A stretch of 64,000 bases of DNA, taken from contig CAXNJO010000002.1 in NCBI GenBank assembly GCA_964202905.1, forward strand, positions 544,001 through 608,000, given 5' to 3'. The notes beneath the pieces are model-generated. The model was not told where the DNA came from, searched no databases, and saw nothing but the letters and a program-made list of their open reading frames with translations. A program made the translations under genes and the position numbers. Positions within the stretch are counted from its first letter, which is position 1; each line of letters starts with the position of its first letter. The DNA is from Polyangiales bacterium (lineage in GTDB: Bacteria > Myxococcota_A > Polyangia > Polyangiales > JADJQN01). This document shows positions 47,993 through 57,872 of the stretch, in pieces.

Positions 47993-50063
47993 TCAGGGCG
48001 CGTTTTGGACCTCGTAATCGAGGCGGAACGTGCCTTGGTTTCCATTTCGGAAACCATCGACGATGACGAAGTAGGTGCCGCGATCGAGGGTCGTCTCGAC
48101 GTAGGCGTGGCGGTTGTCGCTGCTGTCGTCGTTGCAGGCGAGCTCCGTCGACTGCTGCGTGCAGTCGCGGCGTAGGTGCAGGGCCGCGTCGTACTCGGAG
48201 GAGAGCGAGAGTTTCACGAGCGAGCGGCGCGTGAGCTGGATGCGGTAGACCTCGTCGCCGCTCCGCGCGCCGTCGGCGCACGAGGCCTCGAAGCGGTTGG
48301 CGCTCGCCGCGGTCGAGCCGCTCACGGGCGTCCCGGCGCGGAGGAGCGGGGCCTGCCGGCACATCCGATCGAGGGCGGCGAGGTCCTCGAGCTGCACGTC
48401 GACCTGCACCGCACCGAACTGCCCCGCGCGCGCGCCATCGACGACGAGGTAGTAGGTGCCGGGGTCCACGGCGACGTCAAGCGCGGGCGCGCTCGGCGAC
48501 GGCGGCGTGGGCGCGGGGCCGGGGCCGGGGGGAGTCGGACCCGAGCCGCCCCCGGACGCGAACGCGACGCAGCCGAGCTCGGTCGCACCATCGCCGCAGG
48601 TGCGCTGCAGATACGCGACGCCCGCGTACTGCGCGCCGGTGAAGGACACGCGGACGCGCGAGCGTGCGCGCACGTCGATGCGCTGCACGACGTCGGGGGC
48701 ACCCTGACCGCCGCAGCTGCCGGCGAGATCGTCCGCGGCCGCGAAGGTGTCGACGGACGCGGGGGCTGCCGGGGACCGCCGCGCTCGCGGCGCCGCACTG
48801 ATCGCCGACCGCGCCGCCGCCCGTGTCGGGGGCCATCTCGGCCTCGAGCGTGAAGGCCCCCGCCGCGCCGACGTTGTAGCCGTCGGCGAACACGTAGTAG
48901 CGGCCCGGATCGACGACCGCGGTGACGATCGAGTGCTGCTGGTCCGCCACGTCGTCGTTGCACGCGAGCTCCGACGAGGGGTTCGTGCAGTCGCTCCGCA
49001 GATGCAGCGCGCCGTCGTGGTCGCTGCGCATCCGCACGCGCAGCCGCGAGCGCTGCGGTACGTCGACGCGGTAGACGCGGTCGGGCGAGTGCGCGCCCCC
49101 GGCGCACGTCGCGCTGAAGGCGTCCTGCGCGCCGACGGTGGTGCCCGTGATCGGCCGGCCCGGATCGAGCGGCGCCGCGTCCGTGCACAACGCCTCGATC
49201 GGCTGGACCTGCGACGCCGACGCAACCAGCTCGTAGGCGCCGCCCTGCCCCTGGTAGCCATCGACGACGACGAAGTAGGTGCCCGGGTCGAGCGTGACGT
49301 CGAGCTGCGAACGCGTCGTGTCCGGGTTGTCGTCGTTGCAGGAGAGCTCCGACTCGCGGCGACCGCACTCGCGCTGGAGGTAGAGCGCGCCGTCGAAGGT
49401 GGACTGCAGCACGATCGTCAGCTGCGTACGCTGCGCGACGCGGAGCTGATAGACCTGCTCGGGCGCGGCGCCCTCGGCGCACGAACCGACGAGCGCCGAG
49501 CCGCCCCCGCGCGTGTCGCCCTGCACGGGGCGCCCCGGCTCGAGCGGCAGCGGGGTCTCGCAGCTCCCTCGGCCGCCGGCGCGGCGTGCGTCGGGGGGTT
49601 CGGTCGCGCGCCCGACGGCCGTCGGGCCGCCCGACCAGACCGCGAGCGTGTAGTCACCGCGCCCACCGGCCATCGTGAGCACGACCTGGTATTCGCCGGC
49701 GTAGTCGGGGCAGACGCGCACCGCCGCCTGCGGATCGTGGGTCGCGTCGCTCCCGAGCGCGGTGCCGGCGTCGTCGACGACGCGCACGTCGAGGTCGTCG
49801 ACCCCCGTGCCACCGAGCGCGACGAAGGTGTAGCACTGCCCGGCCTCGAGGCGCTGCGCCGTACGCGCCACGGCGCCGGCGTCGAGCGAACCCTCGTTGA
49901 TCGCGCCCGTCTGCGCGAGCCCCATCGCCGTCAGCGTGTTGTGCACCGCGACGTAGCGCGGCTCGAGGCGCGCCCCGCTCCCGCCGCACGCGGCTCCGGC
50001 GACGAGCACCCCGCCCACGGCCGCGACCCACGCGCTCCCCGCTCCCCGACTGCGCTCGTTCAT
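47993..50063 (-). CDS. Lipoprotein with about five tandem PPC-like beta-sandwich domains (frameshift near 48763)
   Basis: GAAC lipobox-like segment; repeated DGALYL..C..SEL.CNDD..DPGTYFVVVDG units across ORFs 48477..50063 and 47993..49261. Confidence 0.85.
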
Positions 50064-50186
50064 GCGACTCGACTCCCGGTGTTCGTGTGGACCGACGCGC
50101 GCTCGACCCGCGCTGCGCGGGATTCCATGGGCGACGCGATCCGCGTCACGGCGCGAGCCTAGCAGCCCCCGGCGCGGCCGGGCCCG

Positions 50187-51416
50187 CTAGAGCAGCTTGC
50201 GGAACAGGTAGTAGAAGGCCTCGAGGAGACGCTCGGCGGGCGCGCGGAAGCGGAAGTCGCGGAGCTCGATCTTCGTCGACTGCGCCGCGTCCGCGAGGAA
50301 GCGGGCGCGGATCGCGTCGGCGACCTCGGCGCCCTCGATCGCCACGTTGATCTCGAGGTTGAGGCGCCACGAACGGTGATCGAGGTTGAAGGAGCCCGTG
50401 GTGCTCCACCTGCCGTCGATCACGGCCGTCTTCGCGTGGAAGACGGAGCGCGTCCATTCGTAGATCGCGATCCCCTCGCGCAAGAGGCGGTCGTAGAGGA
50501 AGCGCGACGCGTGGTAGACGGCCGGCACGTCGCTGTCGCCGGCGACGAGCACGCGGACGTCGACGCCGCGGCGCGCGGCCGCGATGAGCGCACCGCGGAT
50601 CGCGCGGTCCGGGATGAAGTAGCTGTTCGCGATGTAGACGAACTGACCGGCGCCACGGATCTGTCGGAGATAGGCCCGCCGGATGAGCGCGCGGGCGCGG
50701 CGATCGCCGCTCGGCAGCGCGCGCACGCTCTGGCGCGGCGCAGCGGGCGTGGTCGGATCGAGCGGGGCGGAGGACGCTGCGTCCGGGGGTGAGGGCGTTG
50801 AGGGTGGGAGCACGTCCGCGAGCGGTGGACAGGCGCTGCCCCCGACGCGCACCCAGCCCTCGGCGAAGACCGTACGCAGCTGCGCGGCGGCCGGCCCCTC
50901 GATGCGCACGAAGTCGTCGCGCCAGCCCGCGCCGCCCTCCGACTCGGGCGCCCAGGGGAGGCCGAGGTTGATGCCGCCGGTGAAGGCGACGAGGCCATCG
51001 ACCACGAGGATCTTGCGGTGATCGCGGTTGTTGAGGCTGCCGATGCGCCAGCGGTTCTTCCAGGGTTCGACGGGGTTGTACTCGTGGACCTCGACGCCCA
51101 CGTCGCGCAGCCGCGCGAACATCGACGTGTCCACGCCGAGGCTCCCGATCGCGTCGTACACGATGCGTACGCGCACCCCGGCGCGCGCGCGTGCGCCAAG
51201 CGCCGCGGCGAAGCGTCGTCCGACCGCGTCGCTCTGGAACCAGTACATCTCGAGCAGGATCTCGCGCTGCGCGCCCGCGATGGCCGCGAGCATCGACGGG
51301 AAGGCCTGCGCGCCGTCGACGAGCAGCGTCACCCGATCATCGGCGACATCGATGTCGCGCTCGCCGGGCACACGCGGCGTGCGCCGGAAGAGACGGCGCA
51401 GCGCGAAGCCGCTCAC
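50187..51416 (-). CDS. clsB: Cardiolipin synthase, ClsB-like phospholipase D
   Basis: Two HKD motifs (DHRKILVVDG, FHAKTAVIDG); no N-terminal TMs. Confidence 0.9.
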   Translation of the reverse strand: MSGFALRRLFRRTPRVPGERDIDVADDRVTLLVDGAQAFPSMLAAIAGAQREILLEMYWFQSDAVGRRFAAALGARARAGVRVRIVYDAIGSLGVDTSMFARLRDVGVEVHEYNPVEPWKNRWRIGSLNNRDHRKILVVDGLVAFTGGINLGLPWAPESEGGAGWRDDFVRIEGPAAAQLRTVFAEGWVRVGGSACPPLADVLPPSTPSPPDAASSAPLDPTTPAAPRQSVRALPSGDRRARALIRRAYLRQIRGAGQFVYIANSYFIPDRAIRGALIAAARRGVDVRVLVAGDSDVPAVYHASRFLYDRLLREGIAIYEWTRSVFHAKTAVIDGRWSTTGSFNLDHRSWRLNLEINVAIEGAEVADAIRARFLADAAQSTKIELRDFRFRAPAERLLEAFYYLFRKLL

Positions 51417-51685
51417 GAGGCGCCTGCCCGCGCGTCGGCGGTACGCGCCTGCGCGACGGCACAGAACCCGTCGACGCGCCGCAGAATCGCGCACGCGGCG
51501 GAGAGGGACGCGCCGAACATGCGGATGGCCGCGCGATGCGCGAGGCCGGGACGCTCTGTCCGCGCCCACATCGTGCCTCGCGCCCGAAGCGGGGCCGTGC
51601 CCCCGAAGTCGACGTCGGCGCGGGGGTCCATCGCCGCCAACGTAGCAGGCGCGGCGCACGCGACGCGGTGCGGGCCGCCCAGCGC

Positions 51686-52042
51686 CTAGGCGCTCTCGAG
51701 GATGCGGACCACACCGCGCGCTGACTCCGAGAGCACGGCGTCGCGCGCGAGGTTGCCGCCCTGCGACACGAGGAAGAGCGGCTCACCGAGCGCGCAGAGC
51801 GGCCGCGTGGCGAGCGCCATCCCGACCGCCATCGCGGCCTGGCTGCGCCCGACGAGCGGCGCGAGCGCGGACAATTCCTCGCAGAGGGCGTCGTCGCCGG
51901 CGGAGGCGACGAGGAGCCCGGCGTCGTCGGCGAGCGCGATGGCGTCGAGCCCGCCGCGCGTGCGGGCCTGCTCGAGCTGATAGCGCAGGGCGATTTGGCG
52001 TTCGGGGCTGCGGCGGATGCGACGTTCGGGGTTGGGCGTCAT
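51686..52042 (-). CDS. Roadblock/LC7-like small protein
   Basis: LDAIALADDAGLLVAS....EELSALAP; GGAGG RBS. Confidence 0.6.
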   Translation of the reverse strand: MTPNPERRIRRSPERQIALRYQLEQARTRGGLDAIALADDAGLLVASAGDDALCEELSALAPLVGRSQAAMAVGMALATRPLCALGEPLFLVSQGGNLARDAVLSESARGVVRILESA

Positions 52043-52133
52043 CGGGGACCTCCGCACGAATTGTCCCGAGGCGCGCGCGCCCGCGTCCAGAAACCCGCGC
52101 GGTGCGCACGGCACACGCTGCTATGCTCGCGCG

Positions 52134-52328
52134 GTGACGAGCCGTCCCTGCCCGATCTGCAAGCAGTCGGCCGCGCCGCGCGCGGAGAACCCTGCCGCTC
52201 CCTTCTGCGGCGAGCGCTGCAAACTCATCGATCTCGGCCAGTGGCTGAGCGGGGCGTACCGTGTCCCCGCCGGTCCGGTGGTGGACGCCGATTCGACGGA
52301 CGACGACGACGCACGCGGCCCGCACTGA
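52134..52328 (+). CDS. yacG: DNA gyrase inhibitor YacG
   Basis: CPICK..PFCGERCKLIDLGQWLSGAYRVP. Confidence 0.95.
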   Translation: MTSRPCPICKQSAAPRAENPAAPFCGERCKLIDLGQWLSGAYRVPAGPVVDADSTDDDDARGPH

Positions 52329-52348
52329 GCCGCGAGAGGAGAGCCCGC

Positions 52349-53176
52349 ATGCGACTCGAATTGTTCTCGGCGCGGCGCGCGATCGCCGCCGCGATCCTCG
52401 CGCTGGCGTGCATCGCCCCTCGCGGCGCGGCGCGCGCGCAGGACGCGGCCACGCCTGCGAGCGCCTCGGCGACGACGCGCGCGGTGGGCACCTCCGGGAC
52501 GACGCACGCGGCGGGCGACGTCGCCGCGAACCACGCCGCGGCGGGCCACCCCGCACCATCCGGTCCGAGCGGCGCGGCTGCGTCGGGCCCGAGCGAGGCC
52601 GACGACGAAGAGAGCGACGGTCGCGGCGCAGACCTCCTCTGGATCGAGGCCATCGGGGGCTACAGCTACGTGAACATGCGCGCGATCTCCTACGACAACC
52701 TCTACCCCAGCGTCGTCGCGCTCTCGGGGTCGGGCTACGCAGGCGGTCTCGCGGCGGGGGTGCGCTTCTCGTTCGTGTCCCTCGGCGCGCGCGCGACGCT
52801 CGCGAGCTACGAGGGCTTCGAGGTGGGCACCGCGTCGGCCGAGATCACGCTGCGGCTGCCGACCCCGGTCGTCGAGCCCTGGGTGCGCGCCGGCTTCGGC
52901 TACGGCTGGCACGGCAACGCGAACTACGACGAACCGAGCCTCAGTCAGACCAACGTGTACGGGTACGTGATCCAGGCAGCGGCCGGGATCGACATCTACT
53001 TCGGCAAGTTCGTCGCGGTCGGCGCCGGCTTCGACGTCGACGTGCTCAACCTCTCGCGCCAGCCGCTCACGCTCGGGCCGGGGACAGCCTCGCCGACGGG
53101 CGTCGACCTCACGAAGGATGGCAACGCCGTCGGCCTCCAGCTCCGCGGCCACGTCGCGCTGAGCCTTCACTTCTAA
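52349..53176 (+). CDS. Outer-membrane beta-barrel protein
   Basis: Signal peptide ARA-Q, linker, about 8 amphipathic strands, terminal LSLHF. Confidence 0.8.
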   Translation: MRLELFSARRAIAAAILALACIAPRGAARAQDAATPASASATTRAVGTSGTTHAAGDVAANHAAAGHPAPSGPSGAAASGPSEADDEESDGRGADLLWIEAIGGYSYVNMRAISYDNLYPSVVALSGSGYAGGLAAGVRFSFVSLGARATLASYEGFEVGTASAEITLRLPTPVVEPWVRAGFGYGWHGNANYDEPSLSQTNVYGYVIQAAAGIDIYFGKFVAVGAGFDVDVLNLSRQPLTLGPGTASPTGVDLTKDGNAVGLQLRGHVALSLHF

Positions 53177-53211
53177 GGTTTTTTCCGCCCGATGACCGTG
53201 TAGACGCGGCG

Positions 53212-54432
53212 TCAGTCGAGCGGCGCGTCGGCGAGGTAGGCAGACGCCACGCGCCCTCGATCGCGCGGCGGCAACAGCGCGCGGCGCGCCTCGACGAAGC
53301 CGGTCAGCCGCGCATGAAACGGCGGTGCCTCGCGCGCGGCGTCCGCGACCGCACGCACGAGCGCGTCGGGCTCGACGGCGAAGCGCAGCCGCGCGGCGAA
53401 CACGCCGAGCAGATCGGGCGCGCAGGGGGCGCGCTCGGCGGAGGGCTGCGCGATCGCGAACGTGACGACGCGGCCGTCGTGCGCACCGAGCCGATCGAGC
53501 GCAGGCGCGAGATCGATCGCGGTGCGCGCGACCAACACGCCATCGGGGACGCGCCCCGCGGACGGCAGCGGAAGCGCCGGGATCGCGAGCGCCGCGCCGA
53601 GGGCCTCCGCATAGGGCCGCGCCGCGTCGTCGACCGCCGTGCATGCGGCGGGGCGCGCGTCGAGGAGTCGCAGCGCGACCGCGGCCCGCGAGACGAGGCG
53701 CGCGGCGTGCGCCGTGTCGAGCTCCAGCGCCGCGAACCGCGCCGAGGCGACCGGCGCGAGCTCGAGCAAGAGCGCACCGTGCTCGAGGAAGTAGAAGTCG
53801 CGCGCGTCCGGCGGCTCGGCATCGGGCGGCACCTCCGCGCGGCGCAGCGCGGCGAGCAGACGGCGGCGCAGGTTCTCGGCGCTCGGGTGCCGCGCGAGCT
53901 CCTCGGCCGCGCCCTCGGCCGCGGCCGGATCGCCCGAGAGCAACGACGACCACGCGAACTGAAAGAGCGCCCCCGGATCGTCCGCGAGACAGGGGTGCAA
54001 CGAGAGGGTCGCGACCGCCGCGGCGTGCTGACCGGAGAGCGCCTGCGCGAGCGCGCGCTCGCTCCGCACGACGGCGTCGAACGGCGCGAGCGTGAGCGCA
54101 TGGCCGAGCACGGCGTCGGCGAGCGTGAGCGCGTCTTCACCGAGCAGGTGCGCGCCGAGTTCGAGCGCGCGGGCCACGTCGTGCGGCGCATCCGCCGCGA
54201 GCCGCGCGAGTTCCGCGGTGCGCGCGCGCCCGAGCAGTTGCAACGCGTCGGCCGCGGCGCGCAAGAGCCGCACATCGTCCGGCGCATCGACGAGGGCCAA
54301 GCCCGCACGCGCGAGCGCGCCGCGCGCATCCCCGCGGGCGAGGATGGAGGCCGCCTCGGCCGCCGCCGCCGCGCTCGCCTCCTCTCGCGCCGCGCGGCGC
54401 TTGCCCGGGAGCCAGTCGAGCAGGCCCATCAC
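53212..54432 (-). CDS. Hypothetical TPR-like protein, coupled to hemG
   Basis: Ala/Leu-rich helical repeats; overlaps the hemG stop codon. Confidence 0.65.
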   Translation of the reverse strand: MMGLLDWLPGKRRAAREEASAAAAAEAASILARGDARGALARAGLALVDAPDDVRLLRAAADALQLLGRARTAELARLAADAPHDVARALELGAHLLGEDALTLADAVLGHALTLAPFDAVVRSERALAQALSGQHAAAVATLSLHPCLADDPGALFQFAWSSLLSGDPAAAEGAAEELARHPSAENLRRRLLAALRRAEVPPDAEPPDARDFYFLEHGALLLELAPVASARFAALELDTAHAARLVSRAAVALRLLDARPAACTAVDDAARPYAEALGAALAIPALPLPSAGRVPDGVLVARTAIDLAPALDRLGAHDGRVVTFAIAQPSAERAPCAPDLLGVFAARLRFAVEPDALVRAVADAAREAPPFHARLTGFVEARRALLPPRDRGRVASAYLADAPLD

Positions 54433-55847
54433 GCGCTCCGCGCGGGCGCGTCGAGAGACGCCACGACCCGCGCTGCGGCGCGCTCGCCGCTGTGGATCGC
54501 GTCGGGGATCCCGACACCGCGCAGACCGTTCCCCGCGAGGGCGAGACCGCGCCAGCCCGCCTCGCGCGCCTCGACCGCCGCGACGCGCGCGAGGTGCCCG
54601 AGCAGGTACTGCGGCATCGCCCGCGGGAAACGCCCCACGCGCACGAGATGGGGCCTCGCGCGCACGCCCATCAGCGCCGCGAGCTCCGCGCGCGCCACGG
54701 ACACGAGCGTGTCGTCGTCGCCCGCGAGCACCGCCTCGCCTTGCGCTCCGCCGAAGAACACGCGCACGAGCACCGAGCCCTCCGGCGCGCGCCCCGCGTA
54801 TTTCACGCTCGAGAAAGTGGCCGCCAGCGAGGGGCGCCGCTCGATCGCGGGCACGACCCAGCCGTACGCATCGAGCGCGTGCGGCACCTCGGCCCGGCGG
54901 TACGCGAGCGTGACGGTCGCCGCGGAGCCGAGCGCGATGCCCCCGACGAGCGCCGATGCGCGCGCGTCGATCGGCGCGAGCAGGCGCGCCATCGGCGCCG
55001 GCGGCAGCGCGAGCACGACGCCATCGGCCGCGAGCGCGGACCCATCGGTGAGCGCGACGCGGTAGCCGCCTCCCTCCGTCGGCCCGAGCGCTGCGACCTG
55101 CGCGTTCGTCCGTGCGCGCGGACCGAGCGCCCCCGTGAGCGCGTCGACGAGCGTGGCCATCCCGCGCCGAAACGCGACGAAGAGCCCATACCGCGCCCCG
55201 CTCGCGCCCTCGCGCGGACCCGCTGCGCGCGCGCTGCGCAGCAGGCCGAGCGTCACGCTCCGGTGAACGCGCTCGGCCTCGAGAAAGCGCGGCATCGTCG
55301 CGCGCAAGCTCAAGCGATACGGGTCGGCGCCGTAGATGCCGCCGACGAGCGGCTGCGCGAGGCGCTCGAAGACCTCGACGCCGAATCGCCGCCGCACGAA
55401 CGACGCGAGGCTCTCGTCCTCACGCGGCGCGGCACGCGGCAGCGCGAGCTCGAGCGCGAGCCGCGCCTTGCCGCGCAGCGACAACAGCGGCGTCCGCAGC
55501 ATCGGCAGCGCGCGCTGCGGCGCCATCAGCGAGAATCCCTCGGGCACGCGCACGAGCTTCCCCTCGCGCACGACGTACGCACCGCGGGGCCCCGGCTGCG
55601 TCGGGATGACCTCGGACTCGAGCCCGAGCCGCTGCACGAGCGCCATCGCCCAGGGCTTGTCGGTCACGATGGAGTCGGGCCCCTGCTCGATCACGAAGCC
55701 GTCGTCGGTGATCTCGGTGCCGAGCCACCCGCCGCAGCGCGTCCCGGCCTCGAGCAGCGTGACGTCGAGATCCTCACGCAGCTCGCGCAGCCGATGCGCG
55801 GCCGCGAGCCCGGAGATGCCCCCGCCGACGACGACGACGCGCGCCAC
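54429..55847 (-). CDS. hemG: Protoporphyrinogen/coproporphyrinogen oxidase (HemY-type flavoprotein)
   Basis: VVVGGGISGLAAA, EQGPDS, GIYGADP, AMPQY and GVGIPDAI. Confidence 0.95.
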   Translation of the reverse strand: MARVVVVGGGISGLAAAHRLRELREDLDVTLLEAGTRCGGWLGTEITDDGFVIEQGPDSIVTDKPWAMALVQRLGLESEVIPTQPGPRGAYVVREGKLVRVPEGFSLMAPQRALPMLRTPLLSLRGKARLALELALPRAAPREDESLASFVRRRFGVEVFERLAQPLVGGIYGADPYRLSLRATMPRFLEAERVHRSVTLGLLRSARAAGPREGASGARYGLFVAFRRGMATLVDALTGALGPRARTNAQVAALGPTEGGGYRVALTDGSALAADGVVLALPPAPMARLLAPIDARASALVGGIALGSAATVTLAYRRAEVPHALDAYGWVVPAIERRPSLAATFSSVKYAGRAPEGSVLVRVFFGGAQGEAVLAGDDDTLVSVARAELAALMGVRARPHLVRVGRFPRAMPQYLLGHLARVAAVEAREAGWRGLALAGNGLRGVGIPDAIHSGERAAARVVASLDAPARSA

Positions 55848-55854
55848 CGCGCCC

Positions 55855-56886
55855 TCAGCGCGCGCTCGCCTCGTGGACGTGATCCACGAGCGCCCGCACC
55901 TGGTCGACCGACACCTCGGGATACACGCCGTGCCCGAGGTTGAAGATGTGTCCGTGGCGGCCCCCCGCCGCGCGGAGCACGTCGCTCGCGCGCGCCTTCA
56001 GCACCTCGCGCGGGGCGAGGAGCGAGGCGGGGTCGAGGTTGCCCATGATGCCGACGTCGTGGCCGAGCGCGTCCCACGTCGAGCCGAGATCGACGCGCCA
56101 GTCGACGCCGACGACCGTGCCGCCGGCGGCCTTCATGAGCGGGTAGAGCGCGGGGTTGCCCGTCCCGAAGTGGATCTGCGGCACGTCGGGCGGCAGCGAC
56201 GCGAAGAGCGCGCGCATGTGCGGCTGCACGTAGCGCGCGTAGTCCGCGGGCGAGAGCGCCCCGATCCAGCTGTCGAAGACCTGCACGGCCTCGGCGCCGG
56301 CGTCGATCTGCGCGCGCAGGTAGTCCCCGATCGCGCGCGTCAGCTTGCGCATGAGCGCGTTCCAGAGCCCCTCGTCCGAGAGCATGAGCTGCTTGGTGCG
56401 CAGGTAGTTCTTCGAGCCGCCGCCCTCGATCGCGTACGACGCGAGCGTGAAGGGAGCGCCCGCAAACCCGATGAGGGGCACCTTCCCCGCGAGCCCCGCG
56501 CGGATGCGGCGCACGGCCTCCATCACGTAGCCGAGCGAGTCCGCCGCGCGGATGTCCTCGGAGACGCGGTCGACGTCGGCCGCGGTGCGGACGGGGCGCG
56601 GGATGCTCGGGCCGTCGTCCTTCGTGAACTCGAAGCCGATGCCGAGCGGCTCGAGGATGAGGAGGATGTCCGCGAAGAGGATCGCCGCGTCGACGCCGAG
56701 CTGCTCGACCGGCAGCAGCGTGACCTCGCACGCGAGGTCGGGCGTCTTGCAGAGCTCGACGAAGCTGACCTTCGCGCGGATGGCGCGGTACTCCGGCTGA
56801 TAGCGCCCGGCCTGCCGCATGATCCAGATGGGGGTGTGCGGGACGGGCTCGCGCCGACACGCGCGGAGAAAGACGGAATCGTTCAC
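55855..56886 (-). CDS. hemE: Uroporphyrinogen decarboxylase
   Basis: PIWIMRQAGRYQPEY, LIGFAGAPFTLASY and HIFNLGHG. Confidence 0.98.
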   Translation of the reverse strand: MNDSVFLRACRREPVPHTPIWIMRQAGRYQPEYRAIRAKVSFVELCKTPDLACEVTLLPVEQLGVDAAILFADILLILEPLGIGFEFTKDDGPSIPRPVRTAADVDRVSEDIRAADSLGYVMEAVRRIRAGLAGKVPLIGFAGAPFTLASYAIEGGGSKNYLRTKQLMLSDEGLWNALMRKLTRAIGDYLRAQIDAGAEAVQVFDSWIGALSPADYARYVQPHMRALFASLPPDVPQIHFGTGNPALYPLMKAAGGTVVGVDWRVDLGSTWDALGHDVGIMGNLDPASLLAPREVLKARASDVLRAAGGRHGHIFNLGHGVYPEVSVDQVRALVDHVHEASAR

Positions 56887-57749
56887 TTCATGTCTCCATG
56901 CGCATGCATGCATGAACCGAGCGCCTTCACGAGGTGCCCCATGTGCGCGTGCTCGGGCTGGACCGCGGGGCGCAGGCCGTAGGCGACGAGCCGCTCGGTG
57001 CAGGTCGGCCCGATCGAGCCGAGCGGCGTGCGCCCGAGTGCCTCGAGCAGCGCCTCACGCTGCCCTCGCCCCGCGGCGATCTCGAGCCAGTGATCGAGCT
57101 GCTGCGCGCTCGTGAAGAGGACGGCGTCGACGCGCCCGGCGAGCAGCGCGTCGAGGGCGCGCTCGGCGGGCCCGACGTCGTCGGGGAGCTGCCAGCGGTA
57201 GACCGGCACCGCTTGCACCCGCGCGCCCTCGGCCTCGAGGCCCGCGGTGAGCTCGGGGTGCGGCGCGCCGTAGAGCTGCACGGCCACGCGCGCCCCCGTG
57301 AGCGAGCCGCTGCCGCGCGCGACCTCGAGCAGTTCGCGCCAGGTGTGCGGCTCGGGCGCGGTGAGATAGCCCGTGACGCGGAGCTCCTTCAGCGCGGCGA
57401 CCGTCTTCGGTCCGCGGGCGAGCACGCGCGTCTGCGAGAGCGCCGCCGCGAGCGCGGCGCGGGTCATCACTCCGTCCGCCTCCAGTGAGTCCGCGAGGGC
57501 GCGCGTGCCGACGCCGGTGAGCAGGATCACGAGGTCGAGCGCGCCGGCGGCGAGCGCGTCCGCGAAGGCCCGCACCTCCGGCCCCGCCGTGAGCGCGACC
57601 TCGCGCATCGTCGGCGCGACGAGCGCCTCGCCACCCTGCCGCTCCACGAGGCGCGCCATCTCCGCGGCGCGGCGGCTCTCGAGCACGATCACGCGACGCC
57701 CGGCGAGCGCTCCGCCGCCGACCGAACCGTCCGGCACGGTGGCCGTCAC
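56883..57749 (-). CDS. hemD: Uroporphyrinogen-III synthase
   Basis: LESRRAAEM, LTGVG, ARGPK, PVYRW, VLFTSAQQ and SIGPTC. Confidence 0.92.
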   Translation of the reverse strand: MTATVPDGSVGGGALAGRRVIVLESRRAAEMARLVERQGGEALVAPTMREVALTAGPEVRAFADALAAGALDLVILLTGVGTRALADSLEADGVMTRAALAAALSQTRVLARGPKTVAALKELRVTGYLTAPEPHTWRELLEVARGSGSLTGARVAVQLYGAPHPELTAGLEAEGARVQAVPVYRWQLPDDVGPAERALDALLAGRVDAVLFTSAQQLDHWLEIAAGRGQREALLEALGRTPLGSIGPTCTERLVAYGLRPAVQPEHAHMGHLVKALGSCMHAHGDMK

Positions 57750-57872
57750 GCGCTCCGCTCCCTGCTCGTCACGGCGCGCAAGGTTCGCGGCGGGTCGGCG
57801 GGTGTCAAGCGCGGGCGGGACACGGGGGCGGCGCACGCTCACAGCGCGCGCGACGCACGAGCGCGGGGCCGT

